A stretch of 64,000 nucleotides of DNA, taken from positions 333,394 to 397,393 of the forward strand of contig NMRA01000404.1 of NCBI GenBank assembly GCA_002633005.1. Reading direction: 5' to 3'. Position 1 is the stretch's first letter, and each line of letters opens with the position of its first letter. This document shows, in pieces, positions 1-19,000 of the stretch. The stretch comes from Phoronis australis. Its lineage: Eukaryota > Animalia > Phoronida. The notes below the pieces were generated by a model that was not told where the DNA came from, ran no database searches, and saw only the letters and a list, made by a program, of their open reading frames with translations. The position numbers and the translations under genes are program-made.

Positions 1-1
1 T

Positions 2-5796
<5,795 letters not shown>

Positions 5797-6806
5797 TGTT
5801 TAGTGCTGGAGGTTTAGCTGGAATGTGTTGTTGGAGATTTAGAGTGCTGGGCAAAATGGAATGAATTTGAGGCTATGGAAATTGCAAATGCATGCTTCTT
5901 TTGTTTTAAAATGGGGTTTTGTTTCTTCCAGTTATGCCAACATTCTTTGCTGAAATTGTATTTTATTGTACAGATAGGCAGCATTGTCTTGGGTGTTACG
6001 GCACTTTGAAACAAGAAATGACTTTTATGTGTTAAGTTGAATTTTGATATTTAATTGGTCTCAAAAATGCATTTTGATATGAGGTTATTTTTCCATTTCA
6101 GAATGTGATATGATGGTAGTAATTTAAAGTCAATTAGTATAATGTTTGTATAAAAACTGTGTGTAGTTCTATTTGCTGTGTTGTAGTCGAATCATTCCGT
6201 TTCGATTGCTTCCTATCATTAGAATCTGCAATGCGGTGTATAATTATTGAAAGTGGAATATTACAGATTTTGTGCATGCAACTTTATGTGAGACACCTGG
6301 TGGTGATGGTGTGTACCAACAGGACATGATCTATGGGTAGAGAAAGTATGAGGGAAAGTCATTGTTGTGTGTAAAAAGGATTTGATATTGATTTATCTAC
6401 GTATCTTTTGAGTTTATGAAAATTAAGTTTGTCACGATATCGTCCAAGACTGCCTGATTCGAAACATGTTATTTGCAAAAGAAATACTTTTCCAAGTGTA
6501 ATAACAGAAAATTTGATGAAAATTAGCACTTCCCAACTGAAGTGGAACAGGAAATATTTGAGTGTCTGAGAACTGTGGAGAGGGAGAGAGACACAAGAAT
6601 GTGTTGTGGATAGGTTTGAGTCTGTTTAAAAAGCTGGATATTAGTGACTGTTTATCAAAGTTGAGTACAAAGTTACAAGTGCCCTCGGTGCATTCTGCTG
6701 TCCTGCTCTGTTGAAATAGTTTGTGAACACTGGTGAAACTGCAATCCATACTGTTATATGTTCACAGTTTTGTTTCAATGAATATTCATCAAAGATTGCA
6801 CACCAG

Positions 6807-6881
6807 TGCATGTGGCCTAATGCATGTGGCCTAATGCATGTGGCCTAATGCATGTGGCCTAATGCATGTGGCCTAATGCAT
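6807..6881. repeat. 14-bp tandem repeat, about 5 copies, in the probable TMEM259 3' UTR
   Basis: Unit tgcatgtggcctaa. Confidence 0.93.
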
Positions 6882-8085
6882 GACACTCTTTGAGTGAACT
6901 TAGAAATTTGTGCTTTAATCACGCAGCGTTATTGTTTAAACTTCAAGTCTGAGTTAAGTCAGAGATTAGAGTCTGGATCCATGTCATAAATAAAACCTCA
7001 CTTTTATGGTATCAAAAATGACAACCTAAAATTTGGTGCTTGTGCTTGTCTCACATGATTTTGTTACATGACTGTCACATGACTATGTTAATTGTAGCTG
7101 CCTTGTTCAACATATAGCAGGTTGTTGACATGAATGGGGCACTGCAGTTTTGAGCATTACACCTAAATGTGAAATTTACCGTAGACCAAATTCACATGTA
7201 ACGACTATCTTCACAATCGAGTGCAATGAACTAATAGGCCATTAATTATTTGAGATACGACAGTCTCAGATGTGACTGGGTATAAGTCATTTGATAAAAG
7301 GCCTGCTGGTCAACAACTGTTTGTCGATTTGTTCATCCATAATGTGTCAGAATTTACCATGAAGAAATGGAGCTCAGAAACTGTTGGATGGTCAATGTTG
7401 GCTATAAGAAATGTTGGGTTCTTCAGATTGTCAACTTTTAAAATCGGTGGCTTATATGGCAAAAAGTACTGCAATTTACTTACTTCCCACAAAAAGATTG
7501 CCAAACTTTGTCATGTTTCCAGTTTTCTAAGGCTCATTGCCTTGCTCAATGTGATAGAAAATTAACCACATGTTGTTTTGTGACGTCACTGTAGTATAAA
7601 CCAAGCAATAATAGGCTAACATCTCCTTATTCCTAATTATTGTGGTGAAATTTAGTAAAAGAAAGCGAATTTCAGTCACTTGTCCGCCATATGTGTGTGA
7701 AGAATTAAGGAACATTATACCAAACTGAGTCTACTTGCAGTGTGAAGACAAACCATGTAAACAGAGTCAAGGTCAAGTGTTTGAACCTTGTCACCTTTGT
7801 TTGAAACTTGTGTAGTATTCTTTCGCTTGTTCAAGTGAACACCAAAACATGGATGGACAAAATATTCACTCAAATTCTGTTAGGATGTTAAACACAGATT
7901 TTTGTTTTCTTTTTATTTCTATTTTGTCAGTGCAAGTCAGTAAATATGTAAATATTCAACTGTATGTACATTTATTATTATGAATGTAGATAAAAATTTT
8001 GCTGAATAAAATGGTGAAAGAATTTTCAATGTTCACATCTTAGTTGGAATTTTAATTTAATTGTTTCAATTTGTTGTGAGCTGTC

Positions 8086-8234
8086 ATTGTCATAGTTACA
8101 GACCTAAACATTGCCATAGTTACAGACCTAAACATTGCCATAGTTACAGACCTAAACATTGCCATAGTTACAGACCTAAACATTGCCATAGTTACAGACC
8201 TAAACATTGCCATAGTTACAGACCTAAACATTGT
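8086..8234. repeat. 24-bp tandem repeat, 6 copies
   Basis: Unit cattgccatagttacagacctaaa; explains the repetitive ORFs at 8052-8399. Confidence 0.95.
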
Positions 8235-10051
8235 AATTTCCCCATGACACTGTTTTGCCTCTACCCACACCAAAATTCACGTTTTCAGTTCTGTTGGTTG
8301 AATTTCAAGAAAATGGTCTGTTGTTCTGTCGCGCATCTTTTAAAATCCTATGCAACGCCATCTTTGGAAACCATTGCTGCGTTTCATGCTCAGGAGTGAA
8401 ACCTTTTACATTTTAACTACAGCGAGTTCGTGTTTTATCGTCCAGTTTCTTGTTTTCGGTTTCTTTTTAGGGCTGCTTGGTCCGATAAATTTTATTCCGA
8501 TAAGGATTCCGAGAAACTATCAGAACTAGGCCGGGGTGTTGTATTTCACCAGTTGGTGGCATGTCCCTCCCGACGTCTCGTACGGGAGAGTCGCCCCCTA
8601 GGGAATCAGCAACATACCCTGAAGACGACTCTTGGTTATTCTGGTACGGTGGCTGTTCGAATTGTTTTTTTTTTAAACCTTAAAAAAGGTAAACAATGTT
8701 TTGATATATATTGGAACATATGCGCCTGTCAAGTTTGTCTAGTGTCAGACAATTCCTCAAGATAAAGAACAGAATAAAGTTAATTATTCAATATATATTA
8801 CCTCTCAAACACACACAAACTCATAATAATGATAGCCGATACGAAAATTATTAGTTCACAATGTTCTCACTGTCTCTTCAGTGTCCTACACGTGCCACAA
8901 CTTTAGCTTGTCCACGGGCCGGCGCAACATAGGGGGCTGGGGGGTATAGCCCCCCCCCCACTTTTTTCAGTGCTAGGCCGTACATGGTCTATAGGCGGTG
9001 CACCACATGGGGGCTGAGGGGGATTTAGCCCCCCACTTTTTTTAGTGCTGCGCCGCCCGTTGTTGTCAGCATCACAGATTTTCCACTGCTTGGACAAATA
9101 TTACGCCACGCCAGCTTGACCAACCTCCTGCACTCATGGTTCAGCTGAGTGGTCATAGAACGAAGGGTCACCTAGAAATTGCACAGGTCAGTACAGTAAC
9201 AAGTCAACCGACTTATTAACCAACTATAGCATAAACGTATTCAGTTCGAATTACATCTAGAAGGAACGCCAAGGCACATTACGTTTAGGTAAATTAAACC
9301 GACTAGCACAACACATAAGTAAGTACCTGTACTAACAAATCTTCCATACAAGTCGCACTTTGTTCCAAAGCGTTTTGACTGGTATGAGCACCATGTGCTT
9401 CAAATATAAAGTAAGAGCGTGGCAAAGCACAACTGCCCTCCGCCCAAACTACCGGTAGACTGCCAAGTAACACGTGTATACCAGTATTAGCGTGACTGCT
9501 ACCTGCACTTGCAAAACGAGCACATTTGTATAACTATACAAAGGGGTTGACTCAGTATAGACCAACTAGCAACAGCAATCTCTTGTTCTGCAAGGTCAGA
9601 CCCAATTGTGACAGCGCCATTTGCTAACTTTGCAGTGCTATCAAAGTTTCCAGTTAAGCCTAGTTTCGCAATTCAGTGATTATGGTTCAACTGACAGGCT
9701 TTATTATACCTCCGTCATTGTTTTGTCGTTTTTATTTTTGTTGTGTGGCACTGCCTAACGGGTAATGAGTTGCGTGATTATTGAACAGAGCAAGTCGATG
9801 ACGTTTTGAGACTGTCATGTCAGATATGATTTCCTTTTGAAGAAAAGTATCAGTGACAACGCTTCGATAAAAAGTGGATCACTGATCACTGACTTTGTTG
9901 TGGTGATATGAGGTGATGATAATCCTTCATTAGATAGTGCGTGTAACTTATCATTATATGAGATTTATCATCCGATAAATTAACTCAGATCAGATCACAT
10001 GACGAAACATCATTGCATTGTTTGGAGATCTGGCCTCGGCTGTCGGTGCTG

Positions 10052-13000
10052 ATGGCCACAATGATTCGGTGGAGAGGATGGATGGCCATACTGGGCGGGA
10101 TATTGGTACATGTGACCCTGGGGACAATATACTCAATAGGTGAGTGGTGACCGTCTCTGGAAGGAGTATCGTGCCATATGGAATACTCTCGGCGCATATT
10201 AGCTTAGGAGTCTTCATCACACATGACATACCTGGACATGTTAGCGAGCGGCGGCCGAGCCTGTTTGGGTTCTCAGAACTTGGTGGATAGCTTGGCGGTA
10301 TATTGGTTGGAATTTTGATACGCTCTGAGACTTGCTTATAAGTGTTCTTATGTTAACTAAGACTACGTATCTCCCGTAAGCTGTATCCTAACCTAATGTG
10401 TTGGAGTCACAATCAAATCCAAATTGACCCGGCTGGTCACAAAGGACAAGGTACTCCGTCCAAAAACTTATAGATTTTTTGGGGCGGGGCTCGCGCAAGG
10501 TCATATTAGACAGGTAACCTGACTAGATTATTATTAATAGACAAGGGGCTACTGGTATAGACCTCATGAAACACAAATTGGTGTAAATTTTGCGAAACGA
10601 GACTTCTCAGTGTTACCTTTGGTAGTTGCAATGCCCAATGAAGCAAAAGATAATGCGCGTACGTTTCAATAACATACACCAAGTTGCGTTGTCCATTCCC
10701 AATATTTACCCACAGTTCTGTATTTTTAACAATGTATGCTCACTTGGTGGAGCCAATTTCAATGCACTGAATTACGTCACGTCGTGCCAGACAGGACCTC
10801 GTGAATGTGGTAACCCGCTGAGCGGTGTATCCGTCACTGAAAGTCGAGTGGAACTCCTTGTGGCCAAGGCGGGGTACACATACTGAACGACATTTAGAAA
10901 GGGATATCTGCTGTAGATTTTTAATTGGTGTTATTAAGCGATAGGTTTCTACACTTTGAGAAAACGAATGTTTTGAAGGTGACATGAAGACAACAGAGTA
11001 CGATTCTTCGTGTCCATGTATCGTGACAAGAGTGAAGGTAAGGCGTTGCAAATCTCTTCGACTGAAAACGTTTAGTTGACCGTTCTCTCAAACAAAGCCA
11101 GAAAGTATGGGAGCTGCAGTCGTCTTATTTCAGTATCGGCTGGTGAACCTTTCCAAGGATTGACTGCCTCAGTTCAATCGCAACGTTGAAACGAGAGCGG
11201 TCATGATAAGAAAAAGTTGAAGTCCAGTTTGACGGACTTAATTAGCATTTCTTCATTTCACATCTAACCATCAAGAGAAAATGAAGCTTAATTTTAAATT
11301 AATCAAATTTAGAATTTTAATGTAGTATTTTGTAAAATCTCTTGAGCATGAAAATTATTTCATAAAAAAGATTAAATTACAGTTGATAAGAAGTCCGTAT
11401 CTTGACCAATCTGCAAATAAAAGTGCTAACGCAATCCATTAGTTTCTTTCTTCAACTATTAAGAATGACGAGGGGAAGGTGTTGATTTTATGACCTAGCT
11501 ACTGAGTAGTCACACTGAATATAAATGACTTCAGCGTACCACTGTATAACAATGGTATCCAACAATCCGATTTGTTGATAACATTAGCAAACGATGAAGT
11601 CTAGTTGACAGAGCTTGTAGATAATCTAATATATGTCGAATTGTTGTCAGAATATAACAAGACTGTCCTAAGCGTTTTTTTTCCTAACATTCACGCAAAT
11701 CTAAGCCCCTTTGTAATCCTATAAAAGAAATTCCTGAATTAAAATGCAGCAATTAAGGCTGTTTATTAATTTTTTTTTTTTATTTCAAAGCCGCATTTCG
11801 CCCCGTGTAACTGGCTTAGAAATGAAAATCGGATTTAGTCTTGGTAAAGTTTGTCTCAAAATATTCCTTACCGTGACGAGAGTCTATGTCTGTTACTGTC
11901 ACGCAATACGTACATTCGACAGTTCGATTTTAGGGTTGGACAAACCCAATAAACGCTGAAGCCTTTCGCGTAAGGTTTCGATGTTCTTACTTGTAACGGA
12001 TATGGAATGACACCACGGCAAGAAGTATTATGAAACCGATTTTATGACTACATAAGACCTAATTTGCTTCGTGTTTTCAGCCAACTAAACAGAAGGAAAT
12101 ACAGCGTTAAATATAATCATTTAATAGTTTTCACAAGCTACAATTTGAATGTCAGGAATTTTGGGCAAATTTTGGTCAGTGTATGTGACGTTTTTAATTT
12201 TGACGCCTCTTGGCTTTTATTTAGTTTCAGGAAAAACTATCTTATTCCTTCACAATATGCCTTCTCATAAACATTTTATTTGTTGAACATAGACCTAGAC
12301 GGTTCTTTTCTTGCAAACTGCGATTCATTTCCGGAAAACTGGTGTAATTCCATTTTCCGAACCCAGTTCTTTCCTCATAAACCACTGAAGGAACTAGCCA
12401 CACGTGTTTGACACCGTGTACCTGCGCGCACCCAGCCTGTAATATGGGGGGGGCTCGAATTTCCTACGATGTGGACCTTTTACAAACAAAAAAGCGGGAG
12501 GACTAAAAAATAAATAAAAAACGGGGTACCACGTTCGGAGCTGTGAATTGTGCGTTTATGCCTTTTTAGTGGACTTTTGCCTCGTTTTCTCGGACTTTTT
12601 GTCTCTCTGAGGCGGACGTTTTTGCCCATTTCGCCAAATGGGCCCCCCCCTTAGGTGCGCGCGTGGTGTAGCACTTGTTTGGTGTGTTGTATCAAACCAG
12701 TCTCTTGCCACGGAACATGTGGTTTGTGAGAAAAAAAAATGTTCGTAAGAATCGCTCTGCGGCTCATTTGAAAAGAACTGTACTTGGTTCTTAGGAAATT
12801 CTTAGGAAAAGAAGTGCATATATGAAATGCTATGTTGATGAGAAGTACCTTGCGGTTCGCGAGGCAAGAAGGTTTTCAACACCGATTTTTTATTTATCAG
12901 TTGTGCATAGGTTTTGTGCTAGCTTTCCACTAAAACTTGAGTAATTTTTCATGTAGATTTGTATTTCTGTTATAATTCAAAACATTGATTCCACCGAAAA

Positions 13001-16000
13001 TGATTTGTTTTACCCAATTTATTGCAGGCAACATTTCTCCCTATTTAATATCGTTCCTCAGAAAGAACACAAAAGACACTCATTTGACGTACGCCGACGG
13101 CACTTGGTGGTTTGCACTGGCCGTCACAGCTGAAATATCCATGCCGTTAGGGGGCGTGATTGAAAGGAAAATAGGTCCACGACTCACGACTCTTATTGGG
13201 GCGTGGATAATGAGGTACATATTTAACCGAGAACTGCGAGATTGAGGATATTCATCTGAGCAGAGTCCGTTATAAAGCTGCTTTCTTCACCAAACAACTT
13301 TCGATAATCGGTACCATATTGTTCCTGACTTTGATTAGAAATGATTCCAGTTTTTGAATAGAACTGACATGTCGGTCAGCGTCAGACCACGCCCATGAAG
13401 TTGTTTGAGTAGAAATGACATGTCGTTCAGAGTCAGACCACGCCCATGAAGCTGTTTGAGTAGAAGTGACATGTCGATCAGCGTCAGATCACACCCATGC
13501 AGTTGTTTGGCACGGCGGGTTAGTTTTAGTCGCCATAGCCTGAAGTCTTCGGGTCACTCCAGGCGACTGATTTGTTGTAATCAGTCTCACGTAGAATAAA
13601 ACAAAGGACGCGATTATGTTACACCGGAAAATGAGAACAAATAGGCCAGTTTACACAAAAACTGGGTTTATAACTATTGTAGACTACACATTGCTGGTCT
13701 AGAATATGCCAGATCAGTTCGTTGTACATTTCACCTTCAGCATGAATTTCCATAAGCTTTGTTGTTAGCCAAGAAATCGTACGACATTAACACGCAAATC
13801 AATATATTCGCAAACAAATTCCTAGACTCCCGAAATGTGAGAACATATTGGAATTGAGATTCTCATGGTCATAATTCAGTTACCTTTTGCCATCATGGCA
13901 AACAATTGTTAAAATATCTTCATTTTGTCTGATAACGATAACGAATGTTTACAAATAAGTACGAATTTGTTTAACCAACCTTGCGTTTATCACTGAGGCT
14001 CAAATCACTAGACAAGTGTGATACGAAGCTTCTCTCACTATCTAAAAAGTTATATTTGATTAGGAAGAGAATACAAATTTTACTCATTGGTCAAACATTA
14101 AAACGAAAAATTACTATAATTATAATTTGTCAGGTCCTTCGGAACACAAAATTAATTGACGCCAAATAGGAATATGAATTACAAGGAAGACTTCAGTAAT
14201 TAATGTACACCAAAGGAATATTGAATGCTTATGACAAGTACACTTTACAATAACTGATTATCTGAGTCCAGAAAGAAGTCAAGAAACACTATATCCGGTC
14301 AAAATTTTTATAGCAGAATGTTCTGCTGTAGTATTGAGTGTTCATTTTTTATTTTTCTTGTCAACAGTCTGGGCGTGGTCTTGACCGGTGTTGCCATAGA
14401 GATATCGTTTGCACTCAGCGTGCTGACATACGGAGTGGTGTTCGGCTTCGGTACAGCTGTTGCATACACGCCCCCTATGGCCTGCGCAATGAAGGTTGGT
14501 GAACCGGCAGTTTGTAAGTGACTTTCTAAGTTAGACAGTGGATACAATTCATTCCACGATACGACCGTAGATGGATGGTTCAGTTTTATTTGTTCCCAGC
14601 TGTCATATGCGTTATTTTAGATGGTGTGATGCCGCTACGAATTGTTTAATGTAGGTAGGGGTCTACTAGTAAAACCGTCGATGATTCGATTAGACAAACG
14701 TTTCAAAGTGTGGTAGCGAAAAGCACATTTAAGACTTGTAATGTGTTCTTGTAGTTTGACTTAATATATTATTACGCTGCAGTGGATGCCGGAGAGAAAG
14801 GGACTAATTAATGGCTGCGTATTGGCCGGGTTTGGAAGTGGTGCGTTCATCTTTGATCTGATTCAGACTGCATACATCAACCCCTCGAGCATGAAACCTG
14901 ACCAAGCAAATGAGGACGATCCAACGGAAAAGTAGGTTGTGCGTCTACTTACTTTTGTTACTAAGGAGTGGCAATGGCATATTAGCAACAATTTGATGTT
15001 TTAACATATGTCTTTCAAGAATCAGGTGAAATTATTTATGCCTCTAAACTTTAACTTGAACAAATCATTTGTACCAATGTTTACTAAACTTCTAGACTGG
15101 TGTATTTTTAAGATAAGCTACTATCGCCTCCTTTATACATAGTTTTATGATCTGTTTACACAATTCTTATTTTAAGTCATCTTTACATTCATGGCACCAA
15201 TGTCAGTATGTTCCACAAAATCAATTCATAAAACACTGCCTGGTTATAGTTATCGTGCTCATCAATATTTGTTTTTTCCTCTAATTACATTTTTCCAGGT
15301 ACTACACCCAAAAAGAACTCCTTAACCGAGTCCCTAACTGTTTCTTTATACTTGGCGGTATATACGCCGGAATGCAGTTGGTCGGTTGCCTCCTTCTCAC
15401 ATACCCGTCGGACGAGGTACGCAGCTCAACCATGACTTTGTTGTAGGGGCACAACAGCTTCACTTACTTAATCAGGAGAATTTTCGTCATACAAACGAAC
15501 AATTGCTTTAGACCACGCGTCGTTATGACCATGTTCCTCAGTCGAAATAGGTCACGTGATTCTGGGCGTAAAAAAGATTGACGGACTGTTACTGGTTGAG
15601 ATACTGAGGCACTACAAGTTCACTTGGACAGAGTATGTATTCGCCTAGCATGGTCTCGAGTAATAATGAGCAAAAACAAAAGTGAAATCAAAACCAATTG
15701 TCAGCTTCGAGAGGAAGGAGTTTAGATCATTTTTAAGCGTTAAGTGTTATAAATCACAAGTCATATTTTTTCTACGGATCACATATTTTAATTTGCGCCA
15801 CATTCTAAAGTGAGTATGTTCCGGCTAATTCAGAAAGGACAATCACCAGCTTAGGGTCACGTGACGTACGTAGGTATAGCTGCAGGTGTCCTGACTGAAC
15901 AATGTTTATTGTAGAATACTATTCACCGACATTTTAATAAAGTCACGAAATTTTCGAACGAGAACCAAATATAAACATGTTAAAGCAGTGTAAGACGGAA

Positions 16001-19000
16001 ATGTTCGGTTTCGTGTGCATAATCCCTTTCCATGAAATTCGGTACAACGCAAACCTCATGGTAGGCTTACGTATCCATCTCTCTTGTGAGAAGATACAGT
16101 TCACCAGGAAGAAACAAGACGAGACAATGACAATAATTGCTAGACTCGATTTTTCGTATGAATGAAGTAGGCCTAACTTTTACGCGGCTGTATGCTGGAG
16201 ACGATGGAAATTAACTTATCAGTGCCACCGTTGTGTGGGTCAAACTATATTCATTACTCAAGCATCCCGACATGGGTTTCAGGAAATGCACATCCCTATT
16301 AAAGGCATTTATAGAAAATAGAAGCTGTGAACCAAACGTCTGTGTTGGGTTGTATAAGAGTTTGCATCTATTACAGGAAGAAGCGCAAATGGTGCGAAGT
16401 GAAAGCACGCCCCAACAGGTGGCGTCAGCGTCGCAACACGATTCCGTTTTGTTACTGACTCACATAAAGGTTGGGTTTCAACCATTTTTGTCTTGCTTTA
16501 CCCTTTCACCTGCTTGTCAGCTTTCGTCCTTAATTCAGTTATTTCTCCAAAATTTTATCCCTGCACCCAGCTGTTGCCTTGAGCGTGTCGGACACTTTGC
16601 ATCATTTTTGCTCCAAAATTGCCATTTGTCGAATTCGAATGCACCAATCTATCAATGTGCTAAGCAGCTTTGCGAAAAATGCTTAACTAAGCTCGTTTTG
16701 AAAACAAATTAACACTTTTTGGCAAATCACCCAGCGTTCTGAACCTAAGCGAAAATTATGCAAGCCATCTTGCTGTCGAAGACATCTTGTATATTATTTC
16801 AAGGATGACGACAGGACGGAATATTTCGAGAGTTCCACTGAAGACGAAGAACGTCACACAAACCGGTACAGCTCTGTTTCATCATCCTATAACAGGTAGA
16901 GTTTAACAGTCATTCAGTCGCTTCCCTATCGTGCATGCCGTGAATCTAGAACTGGAGGAGATTGACACTTGCATGACTGAAATGAGCGTGATGGTCTACT
17001 CTTGCAGGCGCGCGGCGACGAGGCTAAGGATCGAAAAGACCCCGTGGAACATAATTTGGTCTAAGTCTTGCGCAAGCGCGTGCACTGCATTTCCTATGAA
17101 ATAGCTCTATTTGCGAAACTCTTTTGGCGCTACTCACTGACAACTATACATGTTTTCGACAACTGAATTACCCGCCCAGACCTCGAGAGGCGCCATTTTT
17201 ATTTCATGAGCCAGCTGCAAATTACATCAGCTTCCTAACACGACGTCCGTGCACGGACTTTGGCTCATATGGGAGTCCGCTAGGTGTCTCACTGGCTTCA
17301 CTATTTGGGCGGTTCCGCGAACAGTATGACGGTGGTCATGCACACTCCCTCCAGTTCATCACCCAATCATGAATGATTCTCCTTTCCCGTGGACGCCGTT
17401 CTTTTTTTGCCTGCGGTCGTCTTCCGCACTTTGTCCGCCTGGCTGCAAATTGATGATTCAACAGATATTTCCCAAAGCGGTCGTTTTTGTGGGAGAGACC
17501 AGAGGCGGATTTATAAAGGGGGCCATGTCCCCCCCCCCCTAAAATTCTCCTAGATTCCATTTGGCAGTACTGGGGTGCGAATGTCTGACGGGGAAAATCC
17601 TGGCTAATACTCTGCCCTGGCCCCCCGTAACTCAAAATCCTGGATCCGCCCCTGGAGACACTGTAATTTTTGTCAAATGATGAGTGATAATGTGTATCTG
17701 TTTTAAAGATTAAGAGCGCACAATACGGTGCTCACTACTGTAAAGGAAGGTTTGTATTGACTTGTCTCCCGAGTTGTACTTAACATACACTCAGCGAGGG
17801 TGTTTTTTTTTTTATAATTTTAGGGCAGAATTGGCATCCGTATACGCGTCAGGCAACGATTCCGATTTACGGCCGTTCGAGATGTTAAAGACTAAATGCT
17901 TCTATTATCTTTGGCTTATTCTGTTCCTCAACAGTCAAATATTCATATTTATACCTACCCTGTACAAGGTAAAGTCTGAGTTTGAGATTACGTTCAAATG
18001 AATATGGCAGTTACCGGGTTACACACCTTTCAATCCAATAAATTTAATTTTATAAAAGAAGTTTTACATTTTTGGAAGCCTCACAGTGCTTTGAGAACTC
18101 AGCAAACATGGCGCTAAAGTTGTGGAAGAAGTAGATATACAAAAAATCGAATGATAACATGTCGAAATTTTGGTGTCGATATTTACGATTTCGATTTTAG
18201 ACAAATGTACTACTTCATTAGAATGCGGTGTACATTGTTTAATTAGACAATAAAATAAATCAATAGGGGGCGTGCTGCCTCCTACATCCTGTTTACTTTC
18301 CACCTTTCGAAACAGAACTTCACGCGCACTTCATAATTTTCAGGAACTTGAACTTAAATGCAAATTAATGCAGTACATTGGCGTTATTTCCTAGGCATAC
18401 GGCTTGTCGTTCATCACTGATGACAAATTTCTGGCCACAGTAGGCGCTGTCGCCTCTATAAGTAATGCAGCCGGTCGGATATTCTGGGGTTTTCTGATGG
18501 ACAAGACATCCTTCAAGGTATTGGACTATCTGAAAGATGTGCTTAACGAGTTTTTTTATTTACTATAGTTTAGGTCACCGAATTATGTGTTTTTATGGCG
18601 GGAATTTCAATTAAAAACAAGATCAGCTTGTTTGATGTTGCTCTATTAATTTAACCTTGTAAATTGGTAAAGGTAGTGCACAACCAAAGCAAGACAAAAA
18701 AAAGTTGATCACAACGACGATTGGAATTAACTATTGATCACAACTAATATAATAATGAAAGACTTTTAACTTCCGAAATACGTGCACCAATAATACCAAG
18801 AAGAATTTACCAGTTCCTTCATCAACCATGCACATTTGAAAACACGTTAAAATGCGCCGAAACAGTGGCGTGGTGAATGTCTTCCTGAAAATACTCATGC
18901 TGCAGGAGAATTATTTTCGTCGCCATCACTTTACCGGTATATTCAATTCCCTCTTCAGACTACAATGTTGATCCTGAACACGACGCTGGTTGTTCTTATG

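Noticed and set aside
8052-8399. Repetitive-peptide ORFs here and at 25636-26010 and 28908-29320
   Set aside because: They are translations of non-coding minisatellites with no splice or homology support.
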